Positions 1-13,570 of a DNA stretch of 64,000 nucleotides are shown in pieces; the first letter of the stretch is position 1, and the number at the start of each line of letters is the position of its first letter. This DNA is from Eledone cirrhosa (taxonomy: Eukaryota). The notes under the pieces were generated by a model that searched no databases, had not been told where the DNA came from, and worked only from the letters and a program-made list of their open reading frames with translations. The stretch is from NCBI GenBank assembly GCA_964016885.1, contig OZ024740.1, forward strand, positions 868,001 to 932,000. The letters run 5' to 3'. The translations under genes and the position numbers were made by a program.

Positions 1-3000
1 TTATACTTCCACCAATACTCACTATATTTACTCATGTATCTACCTCTACCAGTTATACTTCCACCAATACTCACCAAAGTTACTCATGTATCTACCTGTA
101 CCAGTTATACTTCCACCAATACTCACCACATTTACTCATGTATCTACCTCTACCAGTTATACTTCCACCAATACTCACCTCATTTACTCATGTATCTACC
201 TCTACCAGTTATATTTCCACCAATACTCACCACTGTTACACATGTATCTACCTGTATCAGTTATACTTCCACCAATACTCACCACATTTACTCATGTCTC
301 TACCTCTACTAATTCTACTTCCACCAATACTCACCACAGTTACTCATGTATCTACCTCTACCAGTTATAATTCCACCAATACTCACCACAGTTACTCATG
401 TATCTACCTCTACCAGTTATACTTCCACCAATACTCACCACAGTTACTCGTGTGTCTACCTCTACCAGTTCTACTTCCACCAATACTCACCACTGTTACA
501 CATGTATCTACCTGTACCAGTTATACTTCCACCAATACTCACCACATTTACTCATGTATCTACCTCTACCAGTTATACTTCCACCAATACTCACCACATT
601 TACTCATGTATCTACCTCTACCAGTTATACTTCCACCAATACTCATGTATCTACATCTACCAGTTATACTTCCACCAATACTCACCACACTTACTCATGT
701 CTCTACCTCTACTAGTTCTACTTCCACCAATACTCACCACAGTTACTCATGTATCTACCTGTACCAGTTCTACTTCCACCAATACTCACCCTAGTTACTC
801 TTGTTTCTACCTCAACTAGTTACACTTCCACCAATACTCACCACTGTTACTCATGTATCTACCTCTACCAGTTCTACTTTCACCAATACTCACCACATTT
901 GCTCATGCAACTAACTCTACCAGTTCTACTTCCACCAATATTTACCACAGTTACTCATGTATCTACCTCTACCAGTTATACTTCCACCAATACTCACCAC
1001 AGTTACTCATGTATCTACCTCTAACAGTTCTTCTTCTACCAATACTCACCACAGTTACTCATGTATCTACCTCTACCAGTTATATTTCCACCAATACTCA
1101 CCACTGTTACTCATGTATCTACCACTACCAGTTCTACCTCCACCAATACCCACCACATTTACTCGTCTCTACCTCTACTAGTTCTACTTCTACCAATACT
1201 CACCACTGTTACTCATGTATCTACCTCTACCAGTTATACTTCCACCAATACTCATCACAGTTACACATGTATCTACCTCTATCAGTTATAATTCCACAAA
1301 TACGCACCCCAGTTACTCATGTATCTACCTCTACCAGTTATACTTCCACCAATACTCATCACAGTTACTCATGTTTCTACATCTACCAGTTATACTTCCA
1401 CCAATATTCATAACAGTTACTCGTGTATCTACCTCTACCAGTTATACTCCCACCAATATTCACAACAGTTACTCATGTATCTACTTCTACCAGTTATACT
1501 CCCACCAATACTCACCACAGTTACACATGTATCAATCTGTACCAGTTATACTTCCACCAATACTCACTATATTTACTCATGTATCTACCTCTACCAGTTA
1601 TACTTCCACCAATACTCACCAAAGTTACTCATGTATCTACCTGTACCAGTTATACTTCCACCAAAACTCACCACAGTTACTCATGTATCTACCTCTACCA
1701 GTTATACTTCCATCAATATTCACAACAGTTACTCATGTATCTACTTCTACCAGTTATACTCCCACCAATACTCACCACAGTTACACATGTATCAATCTGT
1801 ACCAGTTATACTTCCACCAATACTCACCAAAGTTACTCATGTATCTACCTGTACCAGTTATACTTCCACCAAAACTCACCACAGTTACTCATGTATCTAC
1901 CTCTACCAGTTATACTTCCATCAATACTCACCACAGTTACACATGTATCAATCTGTACCAGTTATACTTCCACCAATACTCACCACATTTACTCATGTAT
2001 CTATCTCTACCAGTTATACTTCCACCAATACTCACTATATTTACTCATGTATCTACCGCTACCAGTTATACTTCCACCAAAACTCACCACAGTTACTCAT
2101 GTATCTACCTCTACCAGTTATACTTCCATCAATATTCACGACAGTTACTCATGTATCTACTTCTACCAGTTATACTCCCACCAATACTCACCACAGTTAC
2201 ACATGTATCAATCTGTACCAGTTATACTTCCACCAATACTCACCACATTTACTCATGTATCTATCTCTACCAGTTATACTTCCACCAATACTCACTATAT
2301 TTACTCATGTATCTACCTCTACCAGTTATACTTCCACCAATACTCACCAAAGTTACTCATGTATCTACCTGTACCAGTTATACTTGCACCAATACTCACC
2401 ACAGTTACTCATGTATCTACCTCTACCAGTTATACTTCCACCAATACTCACCTCATTTACTCATGTATCTACCTCTACCAGTTATATTTCCACCAATACT
2501 CACCACTGTTACACATGTATCTACCTGTACCAGTTATACTTCCACCAATACTCACCACATTTACTCATGTATCTACCTCTACCAGTTATACTCCCACCAA
2601 TACTCACCACTCTTACTCATGTATCTACCTCTACCAGTTCTACTTTCACCAATACTCACCACATTTGCTCATGCAACTAACTCTACCAGTTCTATTTCCA
2701 CCAATATTTACCACAGTTACTCATGTATCTACCTCTACCAGTTATACTTCCACCAATACTCACCACAGTTACTCATGTATCTACCTCTAACAGTTCTTCT
2801 TCTAACAATACTCACCACAGTTACTCATGTATCTACCTCTACCAGTTATATTTCCACCAATACTCACCACTGTTACTCATGTATCTACCACTACCAGTTC
2901 TACCTCCACCAATACCCACCACATTTACTCGTCTCTACCTCTACTAGTTCTACTTCTATCAATACTCACCACTGTTACTCATGTATCTACCTCTACCAGT

Positions 3001-6000
3001 TATACTTCCACCAATACTCATCACAGTTACACATGTATCTACCTCTATCAGTTATAATTCCACAAATACGCACCCCAGTTACTCATGTATCTACCTCTAC
3101 CAGTTATACTTCCACCAATACTCATCACAGTTACTCATGTTTCTACATCTACCAGTTATACTTCCACCAATATTCATAACAGTTACTCGTGTATCTACCT
3201 CTACCAGTTATACTCCCACCAATATTCACAACAGTTACTCATGTATCTACTTCTACCAGTTATACTCCCACCAATACTCACCACAGTTACACATGTATCA
3301 ACCTGTACCAGTTATACTTCCACCAATACTCACCACATTTACTCATGTATCTATCTCTACCAGTTATACTTCCACCAATACTCACTATATTTACTCATGT
3401 ATCTACCGCTACCAGTTATACTTCCACCAATACTCACCAAAGTTACTCATGTATCTACCTGTACCAGTTATACTTCCACCAATACTCACCACAGTTACTC
3501 ATGTATCTACCTCTACCAGTTATACTTCCACCAATACTCAACTCATTTACTCATGTATCTACCTCTACCAGTTATATTTCCACCAATACTCACCACTGTT
3601 ACACATGTATCTACCTGTATCAGTTATACTTCCACCAATACTCACCACATTTACTCATGTCTCTACCTCTACTAATTCTACTTCCACCAATACTCACCAC
3701 AGTTACTCATGTATCTACCTCTACCAGTTATAATTCCACCAATACTCATCACAGTTACTCATGTATCTACCTCTACCAGTTATACTTCCACCAATACTCA
3801 CCACATTTACTCATGTATCTACCTCTACAAGTTATACGTCCACCAATACTCACCACAATTACTCATGCAACTAACTCTACCAGTTCTACTTCCACCAATA
3901 TTTACCACAGTTACTCATGTATCTACCTCTACCAGTTATACTTCCACCAATACTCACCACAGTTACTCATGTATCTACCTCTAACAGTTCTACTTCTACC
4001 AATACTCACCACAGTTACTCATGTATCTACCTCTACCAGTTATATTTCCACCAATACTCACCACTGTTACTCATGTATCTACCACTACCAGTTCTACCTC
4101 CACCAATACCCACCACATTTACTCATGTCTCTACCTCTACTAGTTCTACTTCTACCAATACTCACCACTGTTACTCATGTATCTACCTCTACCAGTTATA
4201 CTTCCACCAATACTCATCACAGTTACACATGTATCTACCTCTATCAGTTATAATTCCACAAATACGCACCCCAGTTACTCATGTATCTACCTCTACCAGT
4301 TATACTTCCACCAATACTCATCACAGTTACTCATGTTTCTACATCTACCAGTTATACTTCCACCAATATTCATAACAGTTACTCATGTATCTACCTCTAC
4401 CAGTTATACTCCCACCAATATTCACCACAGTTACTCATGTATCTACCTCTACCAGTTATACTTACACCAATACTCACCACAGTTACTCATGTATCTACAT
4501 CTACAAGTTATACTTCCACCAATACTCATCACAGTTACTCATGTATCTACATCTACCAGATCTACTTCCACCAATACTCACCACAGTTACTCATGTATCT
4601 ACCTCTACCAGTTATACTTCCATCAATATTCACAACAGTTACTCATGTATCTACTTCTACCAGTTATACTCCCACCAATACTCACCACAGTTACACATGT
4701 ATCAATCTGTACCAGTTGTACTTCCACCAATACTCACCACATTTACTCATGTATCTATCTCTACCAGTTATACTTCCACCAATACTCACTATATTTACTC
4801 ATGTATCTACCTCTACCAGTTATACTTCCACCAATACTCACCAAAGTTACTCATGTATCTACCTGTACCAGGTATACTTCCACCAATACTCACCACAGTT
4901 ACTCATGTATCTACCTCTACCAGTTATACTTCCACCAATACTCACCTCATTTACTCATGTATCTACCTCTACCAGTTATATTTCCACCAATACTCACCAC
5001 TGTTACACATGTATCTACCTGTATCAGTTATACTTCCACCAATACTCACCACTGTTACACATGTATCTACCTGTACCAGTTATACTTCCACCAATACTCA
5101 ACACATTTACTCATGTATCTACCTCTACCAGTTATACTCCCACCAATACTCACCACTGTTACTCATGTATCTACCTCTACCAGTTCTACTTTCACCAATA
5201 CTCACCACATTTGCTCATGCAACTAACTCTACCAGTTCTACTTCCACCAATATTTACCACAGTTACTCATGTATCTACCTCTACCAGTTATACTTCCACC
5301 AATACTCACCACAGTTACTCATGTATCTACCTCTAGCAGTTCTTCTTCTACCAATACTCACCACAGTTACTCATGTATCTACCTCTACCAGTTATATTTC
5401 CACCAATACTCACCACTGTTACTCATGTATCTACCACTACCAGTTCTACCTCCACCAATACCCACCACATTTACTCGTCTCTACCTCTACTAGTTCTACT
5501 TCTACCAATACTCACCACTGTTACTCATGTATCTACCTCTACCAGTTATACTTCCACCAATACTCATCACAGTTACACATGTATCTACCTCTATCAGTCA
5601 TAATTCCACAAATAGTCACCCCAGTTACTCATGTATCTACCTCTACCAGTTATACTTCCACCAATACTCATCACAGTTACTCATGTTTCTACATCTACCA
5701 GTTATACTTCCACCAATATTCATAACAGTTACTCGTGTATCTACCTCTACCAGTTATATTCCCACCAATATTCACCACAGTTACTCATGTATCTACATCT
5801 ACAAGTTATACTTCCACCAATACTCATCACAGTTACTCATGTATCTACATCTACCAGGTCTACTTCCACCAATACTCACCACAGTTACTCATGTATCTAC
5901 CTCTACCAGTTATACTTCCATCAATATTCACAACAGTTACTCATGTATCTACTTCTACCAGTTATACTCCCACCAATACTCACCACAGTTACACATGTAT

Positions 6001-8165
6001 CAACCTGTACCAGTTATACTTCCACCAATACTCACCACATTTACTCATGTATCTATCTCTACCAGTTATACTTCCACCAATACTCACTATATTTACTCAT
6101 GTATCTACCTCTACCAGTTATACTTCCACCAATACTCACCAAAGTTACTCATGTATCTACCTGTACCAGTTATACTTCCACCAATACTCACCACAGTTAC
6201 TCATGTATCTACCTCTACCAGTTATACTTCCACCAATACTCACCTTATTTACTCATGTATCTACCTCTACCAGTTATATTTCCACCAATACTCACCACTG
6301 TTACACATGTATCTACCTGTATCAGTTATACTTCCACCAATACTCACCACATTTACTCATGTCTCTACCTCTACTAATTCTACTTCCACCAATACTCACC
6401 ACAGTTACTCATGTATCTACCTCTACCAGTTATATTTCCACCAATACTCACCACTGTTACTCATGTATCTACCACTACCAGTTCTACCTCCACCAATACC
6501 CACCACATTTACTCATGTCTCTACCTCTACTAGTTCTACTTCTACCAATACTCACCACAGTTACTCATGTATCTACATCTACCAGTTATACTTCCACCAA
6601 TATTCACCACAGTTACCCATGTATCTACATCTACAAGTTATACTTCCACCAATACTCACCACAGTTACACATGTATCAACCTGTACCAGTTATACTTCCA
6701 CCAATACTCACCACATTTACTCATGTATCTACCTCTACCAGTTATACTTCCACCAATACTCACTATATTTACTCATGTATCTACCTCTACCAGTTATACT
6801 TCCACCAATACTCACCAAAGTTACTCATGTATCTACCTGTACCAGTTATACTTCCACCAATACTCACCACATTTACTCATGTATCTACCTCTACCAGTTA
6901 TACTTCCACCAATACTCACCTCATTTACTCATGTATCTACCTCTACCAGTTATATTTCCACCAATACTCACCACTGTTACACATGTATCTACCTGTATCA
7001 GTTATACTTCCACCAATACTCACCACATTTACTCATGTCTCTACCTCTACTAATTCTACTTCCACCAATACTCACCACAGTTACTCATGTATCTACCTCT
7101 ACCAGTTATAATTCCACCAATACTCACCACAGTTACTCATGTATCTACCTCTACCAGTTATACTTCCACCAATACTCACCACAGTTACTCGTGTGTCTAC
7201 CTCTACCAGTTCTACTTCCACCAATACTCACCACTGTTACACATGTATCTACCTGTACCAGTTATACTTCCACCAATACTCACCACATTTACTCATGTAT
7301 CTACCTCTACCAGTTATACTTCCACCAATACTCACCACATTTACTCATGTATCTACCTCTACCAGTTATACTTCCACCAATACTCATGTATCTACATCTA
7401 CCAGTTATACTTCCACCAATACTCACCACACTTACTCATGTCTCTACCTCTACTAGTTCTACTTCCACCAATACTCACCACAGTTACTCATGTATCTACC
7501 TGTACCAGTTCTACTTCCACCAATACTCACCCTAGTTACTCTTGTTTCTACCTCAACTAGTTACACTTCCACCAATACTCACCACTGTTACTCATGTATC
7601 TACCTCTACCAGGTCTACTTCCACCAATACTCACCACAGTTACTCATGTATTTACCTCTACCAGTTCTTCTTCTACCAATACTCACCACAGTTACTCATG
7701 TATCTACCTCTACCAGTTATAATTCCACCAATACTCACTACAGTTACTCATGTATCTACATCTACCAGTTATACTTCCACCAATACTCACCACAATTACT
7801 CGTGTGTCTACCTCTACCAGTTCTACTTCCACCAATACTCACCACAGTTACTCATGTATCTACCTACACCAGTTCTAGTTCCCACAACACTCACCACAGT
7901 TACTCATGTATCTACCTCTACCAGTTCTACTTCCACCAATACTCACCACAGTTACTCATGTATCTACCTACACCAGTTCTAGTTCCCACAACACTCACCA
8001 CAGTTACTCATGTATCTACCTCTTCCAGTTCTACTTCCACCAATACTCACCACAGTTACTCATGTATCTACCTTCACCAGTTCTAGTTCCCACAATACTC
8101 ACCACAGTTACTCATGTATCTACCTCTACCAGTTATACTTCCACCAATACTCACCACATTTACAT
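1..8165. repeat. 52-bp tandem satellite (~157 units), probably intronic in the plus-strand EGF-like gene
   Basis: Consensus CATGTATCTACCTCTACCAGTTATACTTCCACCAATACTCACCACAGTTACT repeats head-to-tail; ORF starts recur every 52 nt; the array runs off the left edge. Confidence 0.98.
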
Positions 8166-8293
8166 ATATATCAACCTAGCCCAGTGCAATCTTCTCTCAT
8201 GCACGCAAACAACATTTCATTCCTCTTATAATCAGTTTTTCTCTCTCTCCACTCATGAAGTAAATATGTTAAACTATTTTTTGTCTGACACAG

Positions 8294-8530
8294 GTCCAAA
8301 ATGTAGGTCCTGTAACACAGTTTGTTTGAATGGTGTTGTTAATGAAACAACATGTGAGTGTCAGTGTCCATCACCTCATATGCTGCTACCATACTGCAAA
8401 TGTGACAAGTATCATGGTGGTAACAACTGTTCTGAATGTAATTATGTATTCTGTGGTCCCTGTGGAAGCTATGACTGGGAAAGTTGCCGGTGTAAATGCC
8501 AGAAAGGATTAACTGGACCAAAGTGTAATG
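8294..8530 (+). CDS. Internal exon of a Cys-rich EGF/laminin-EGF-like repeat protein
   Basis: Acceptor ttgtctgacacAG|, donor |GTATGT; 237 nt, symmetric phase 1-1 as is typical of EGF modules. Encodes GPKCRSCNTVCLNGVVNETTCECQCP...CKCDKYHGGNNC...CRCKCQKGLTGPKCN with CxC...GxxC motifs. Confidence 0.85.
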
Positions 8531-8622
8531 GTATGTATATATATTTTTATATTTATTCAGTTGCTTTGTGAAAATTCTGTCTAGACTGCTTGTATAGAGA
8601 AATACTATAGTATTTCTCTCTT

Positions 8623-8661
<39 letters not shown>

Positions 8662-8746
8662 ACAGAGAGAAAGAGACGATTATTAGGAAGAAAAATATTT
8701 TTATTTCCGTTTTTGTTTCTCTCTCTTTTTTCTGGGTTAGAAAATG

Positions 8747-8787
<41 letters not shown>

Positions 8788-8973
8788 CGGAATTCAAAAA
8801 GCAGGAGTACAAATATATATATATATATATATATTTGGGTTTGTTGGTTTAACACTAGATGGAACTGGTCATTCTGTGTGGTCAACCTTGATGTAATATT
8901 ATGGAAAGTACTCAACGTAATGCAACACACCCGTCTCCGTTTGTGTAGTTGGTGGTGCGAGTACGGAGTTAAT

Positions 8974-9748
8974 TATTAAAAAATAACAGGAGGCTGGACT
9001 GGTGTAATTCCTTGAAAGGTTTATTATACTATGATCATTTCAATGACCAAGTTCAGTATGAATCCGGTGACATCATCAGGTAATTCAAAATATAACAAAG
9101 GAATATAACAATGTATATACAACCCTGACAATTTATCGTGACTATGTATATTACACTTAAACTTCTTCATAAAAGCCCCCTTATGTTAATTATCACCTCT
9201 CTATATCACTTACGCACACTCTCTCTCTTTCTCGTTCTCTCTGTCAATCTCTTTTTTTCATTCTCCCACACTCTCTCTCTATTTTACTCTCTGTCACTCT
9301 CTATCTCTCTTTCTCTCTTTCATTCACACACACTCTCTCCCTTTTTAATCTCTGTCTGTCTTTGCGGATGATGTTTGTTCTTGAAAAAATATATTTCGTG
9401 GCAATTTCGAGCATGCCTGACCAGCCTGATTGACGTGTGACCTCAGCGCTGACATTTCCATCTGACGGGATGGAAGTAGTACATTAAAGGCTTGCGTCCC
9501 CACACCAGATGGTAATATGTAGACCTAATAATCAGCACTTGAGGGTGGCCGGCGTAGTTAGAAGCAGCTAAATTGCCAGCACCCCCCTGTCTCTGATTTA
9601 AACACCATCGATTTTTATCTGTTATATTCCTTTGTTATATTTTGAATTACCTGATGATGTCACCGGATTCATACTGAACCCAGTCACTGAAATGATCATA
9701 GTATAATAAACCTTTCAAGGATTTACACCAGTACATGCCTCCTGTTAT

Positions 9749-9757
<9 letters not shown>
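8974..9757. mobile_element. Fold-back element with ~137-bp inverted arms (8974-9110 / 9620-9757), each containing a hammerhead-like motif; Penelope-like remnant
   Basis: Arms are reverse complements with few mismatches; CTGATGA...GAAA core at 9651-9692; followed by (TA)n. The Penelope-like assignment is inference. Confidence 0.7.
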
Positions 9758-9789
<32 letters not shown>

Positions 9790-9791
<2 letters not shown>

Positions 9792-10746
9792 AAGATTCTT
9801 TTTACTAGAATAAATGAAGAAACATATCAAATCAAAATATTTAAATAATTTTATATTCCCCACTCCAACACACACACACACACCTATATATATAAAACTG
9901 AGGATGTCTGTGTGTGTGAGTTTGAATCTCTAAAACTCGAGAAGCACCCAACCGACTGTTTTCAAACTTTACACATGTAATACTTATGTTTCAGGGAGTG
10001 TTCTGAGCACAAAAAATGTCAAATTTTCAATGCCCTAGGGACCGCATTAGGCGATTTAGCGATCTCTCTCTATAATTCTTAGTCTTTCTCTTTTTAGATA
10101 GATACATACATACATATAATGTCGCTCCCTTATAATATCTGTCTATATGTCTGGCTGTCTGCATTTCGTCACTTCCCTGAGGATGTCTGTGTGTGTGAGT
10201 TTGAATCCCTAAAACTTGAGAAGTACCCAACCGACTTTTTTCAAACTTTACATGTGCGTTACTTATGTTTCAGTGAGTGTTATGCACATAAACTTTTTTA
10301 TCCCCTAGGGCCCGCATTAGGTGAAAAACTGTGTTTTTTCAGGCTTTTAGGGGTTTTTTGAGGCGTTATGTCAGACCGATTTTCTTGAAATTGTAACTAT
10401 GTATTAGTCAGTCACTTCTTCATACCTTGAGCAAAGAAAATCCAACTTTTTTATGGATAGGGCCCACATTAGGTGAAAATCTTCATTTTTTCAGCTTTTT
10501 AGGGCTTTTTTGAGGCGTTACGTCTAGCCGATTTTCCCGAAATTTCAAGGCACATAAAAAAAATTCATTTTGTTGATCCCCTAGGTGAAAACCTGCCTTT
10601 TTCCTGCTTCATCGATGAAAATCTTAAAGATTATCCAGCCATCAGAGTATTCAGTTTATTTTCTTTAAATATTGTCCAGGCATGCAGTTTTTCCATGATT
10701 AGGTCTGTTGGCGGCCTGCATTCCAAAATACCTTACCCCGTGCTAG
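9790..10746 (+). mobile_element. Dispersed repeat, Helitron-like non-autonomous element (copy 1)
   Basis: Near-identical to 19029-19870 over ~780 bp; CTATATATATAAAAC at ~9884, internal direct repeats, CTAG at 10743-10746. No clear subterminal hairpin seen. Confidence 0.5.
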
Positions 10747-11087
10747 TACTTATATATAAATGTAATCCGAGTTTTTCGAATATTAATAATAATTGCAAAC
10801 GAATCGAATATTATTATTAATATTCGAAAAACTCAGATTACACTTATTGTATTCAGCCATGTAGAGTGATAACTAGTTGTTTGTTTCTGAAAAAGACAGC
10901 CGATCAAACAGGGATTTCGAGGCATGAAATAGGAAGTAGCTTAACCACTACCATGCTAGTCAATACATCGATCTCCATTGATCAATCCACCATCTGAAAT
11001 GATCGTAAAACAATGAACTAACTATCTTCCACACCCGACTTCTGTTTTTATTGTTCTATGCACAAACACACACATATACATATATAT

Positions 11088-11284
11088 AATAATAATTGTT
11101 TCTACTTTTTGGCACAAGGCCAGAAATTACCCAGTTTATTACTAGTACTTTATTTTATCGACCCCATAAGGATGAAAGGCAAAGTTAACCTCGGCGGGAT
11201 TTGAACTCAGAATGGCAAGGGCCGTAACTCTTTGCGTCAAAGTATGGCATCCAACCCTCTACCGATACTGCCAATCCACCGCCC
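11088..11284 (-). mobile_element. tRNA-derived SINE, family 2 ((ATT)n tail)
   Basis: Reverse complement of the 12508-12703 copy, with box A/B (TGGCAGTATCGG; GAGTTCAAATCC) and the conserved TTTGCCTTTCATCCTT...GATAAAATAAAGTAC body. Confidence 0.85.
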
Positions 11285-11296
11285 TATATATATAAT

Positions 11297-12113
11297 AATA
11301 ATGAAATACAAAGTAGTTTCAGATGTTACAGTCCTTTATTAATAAGGCTGTGATACATATTTCAATGACAGTGGCCACGCAGTTCCATGTCCCAGTGTCA
11401 TGATCTCATCAAACAGCTTCTTACATAATAAGGTTACGTTCTCAAGACAATCCAAATTGAAGTGACAAGGGAACGGGCAAAAATGATGGTCTTGAAGCAA
11501 AGGCCCATTCCCTTTTGACTAGATAGATAAGCAGGCCAAAAAGCAACGTAAAATCCCTTATTTTCTTGCATTTCGCATAAAGGCCTTGAGTGGGAGCCCC
11601 TTTGAATTAAGTTCATTTTCTGTTCGCGGGTGATGGTCAGTTCTATTGTCCATGCATAGGTTGGGAGGTGGTATTAAAACAGATTGAAAATCATAGCCTG
11701 CCACTGCCAGAGTTTCGGCTGCCACTAGACTGGCAGTGGGCCACAACTAAGTTGGTTGGCATCTGCGACTGCATCACCTTGCCGGCCAGGAGGGGGGGGG
11801 GGGGCACATGCCTAGGCTAGTTTACTGTGTTTTGGGGTAAATAGTTAGCTGGGTAGCTTCCTTCATTTTTGCACCTGCGCAACTTGTGGAGGCTGACTGG
11901 CACAAAGGAATGGGTGTTTACTGCAAGAACATCATTTTTGCCCGTTCCCTTGTCACTTCAATTTGGATTGTCTTGAGAACGTAACCTTATTATGTAAGAT
12001 GCTGTCTCATGAGATCATGGAACTGGGACACGGAATCGCGTGGCCACTGTCGTTGAAATATGTATCACGGCCTTATTAATTTAACATCTGAAACTACTTT
12101 GTATTTCATTATT
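11297..12113. mobile_element. Fold-back element with ~195-bp inverted arms (11297-11494 / 11924-12113), each containing a hammerhead-like motif; Penelope-like remnant
   Basis: Arms are clear reverse complements; ribozyme-like folds at 11347-11417 (-) and 12001-12071 (+). Confidence 0.75.
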
Positions 12114-12202
12114 CTAAACATACTCTGTCATTCCTGTGTGGAAAAACTATGTTGAATGCTTGAATGAAATTACATCAATATTTACCATGAGTATATATAT
12201 AT

Positions 12203-12703
12203 CCTTATGGGGTTGATAAAATAAAGCACCAGTAACATACTGGGAGTGATTTAATCGATTTTCCCTTCCCCCAAATTGCTGGCCTTGTGCCTAAAGTAGA
12301 CACAATCATTCACTAGATGCTTAGCGGCATAGAGTTATGACCCTTTATTTTCTGAATTTAAATCCCGCCGTTAGCTTTGCTTTACACCCTCACAGGATCG
12401 ATAAAATAAAGTACCAGTGATGCACTGGGGTCAATTTAATCGACTTCCCCTCTCCCCAAGTTGCTGACCTTGTGCCTATAGTATTATTATTATTATTATT
12501 TAATGTAGGGCGGTGGATTGGCAGTATCGGTAGAGGGTCGGACGCCATGCTTTCCAGCATAGTTACGTCCCTTTACGATCTGAGTTCAAATCCCGCTGAG
12601 GTTGACTTTGCCTTTCATCCTTACGGGGTCAATAAAATAAAGTACCAGTAATGCACTGGGTAATTGCTGGCCTTGTGCCTAAAGTAGAAACAATTATTAT
12701 TAT
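12203..12703 (+). mobile_element. Tandem cluster of three family-2 SINE copies (last one full-length, 12508-12703)
   Basis: Three repeats of ATCCTTAYGGGG...ATAAAATAAAGTACCAG...GGCCTTGTGCCTA; GAGTTCAAATCC box B; (ATT)n tails. Confidence 0.85.
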
Positions 12704-12747
12704 CTAATGAGAAAGTAAACTGACCTGCAGTTGTCTGTTATTTACAG

Positions 12748-12806
12748 AACTTGTCGACCCAAATATACCAGTGAACTGTACTCCAGATATTTCTATAGAG
12801 TATTGA
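12748..12806 (+). CDS. Candidate terminal exon of the EGF-like gene
   Basis: Acceptor ttgtctgttatttacAG| in a non-repetitive island. Joined in phase 1 to the 8294-8530 exon it reads ELVDPNIPVNCTPDISIEY-stop. No homology support. Confidence 0.35.
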
Positions 12807-12910
12807 GTGGTGGACCTTGAACAAGACCAACAACATTCTAAGGAGTGGAAACAACCGTAAATAGAAAAGTGAGTTTTACTTGAATGGGTTACTATGACGA
12901 CATGGAACCC

Positions 12911-12939
<29 letters not shown>

Positions 12940-12941
<2 letters not shown>

Positions 12942-13570
12942 CACCACCACCACCAATAACAACAGCAGAAACAATATAGCAACACCACCAATAACAATAT
13001 AGCAACATCACCACCACCACCACCACCACCAATAACAATAATATAGCAACATCACCACCACCAATAACAATAATATAGCAACATCACAACCAACACCACC
13101 ACCACCACCAATAACAATAATATAGCAACACCACCAATAACAATAATATAGCAACATCACCACCACCACCACCACCAATAACAATAATATAGCAACATCA
13201 CCACCACCAATAACAATAATATAGCAACATCACCACCAACACCACCACCAATAATATAGCAACATCACCACCAACACCAACACCACCACCAATAATATAG
13301 CAACATCACCACCACCAACACCACCACCAATAATATAGCAACATCACCACCACCAATAACAATAATATAGCAACATCACCACCAACACCACCACCAATAA
13401 TATAGCAACATCACCACCAACACCAACACCACCACCAATAATATAGCAACATCACCACCACCAACACCACCACCAATAATATAGCAACATCACCACCACC
13501 AACACCACCACCAATAATATAGCAACATCACCACCAACACTACCACTAATAACAACAACCCTACCAGTAA
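12940..13570. repeat. CAC/AAT-rich minisatellite (~24-33 bp, core CACCAATAATATAGCAACATCAC)
   Basis: About 20 direct repeats with variable (CAC)n spacers. Confidence 0.93.

Noticed and set aside
34-8231. Long Thr/Ser/Pro-rich ORFs (up to 654 aa) resembling a mucin
   Set aside because: The unit is 52 nt, not a multiple of 3; all three plus frames are open and give the same cycling peptide, and indels break frames freely. The openness reflects a G-poor strand lacking stop codons.
7906-8293. Satellite-initiated ORF reading into the EGF exon as a mucin-EGF fusion
   Set aside because: A good acceptor at 8293 and symmetric exon phase explain the Cys-rich part; the upstream in-frame sequence looks intronic.
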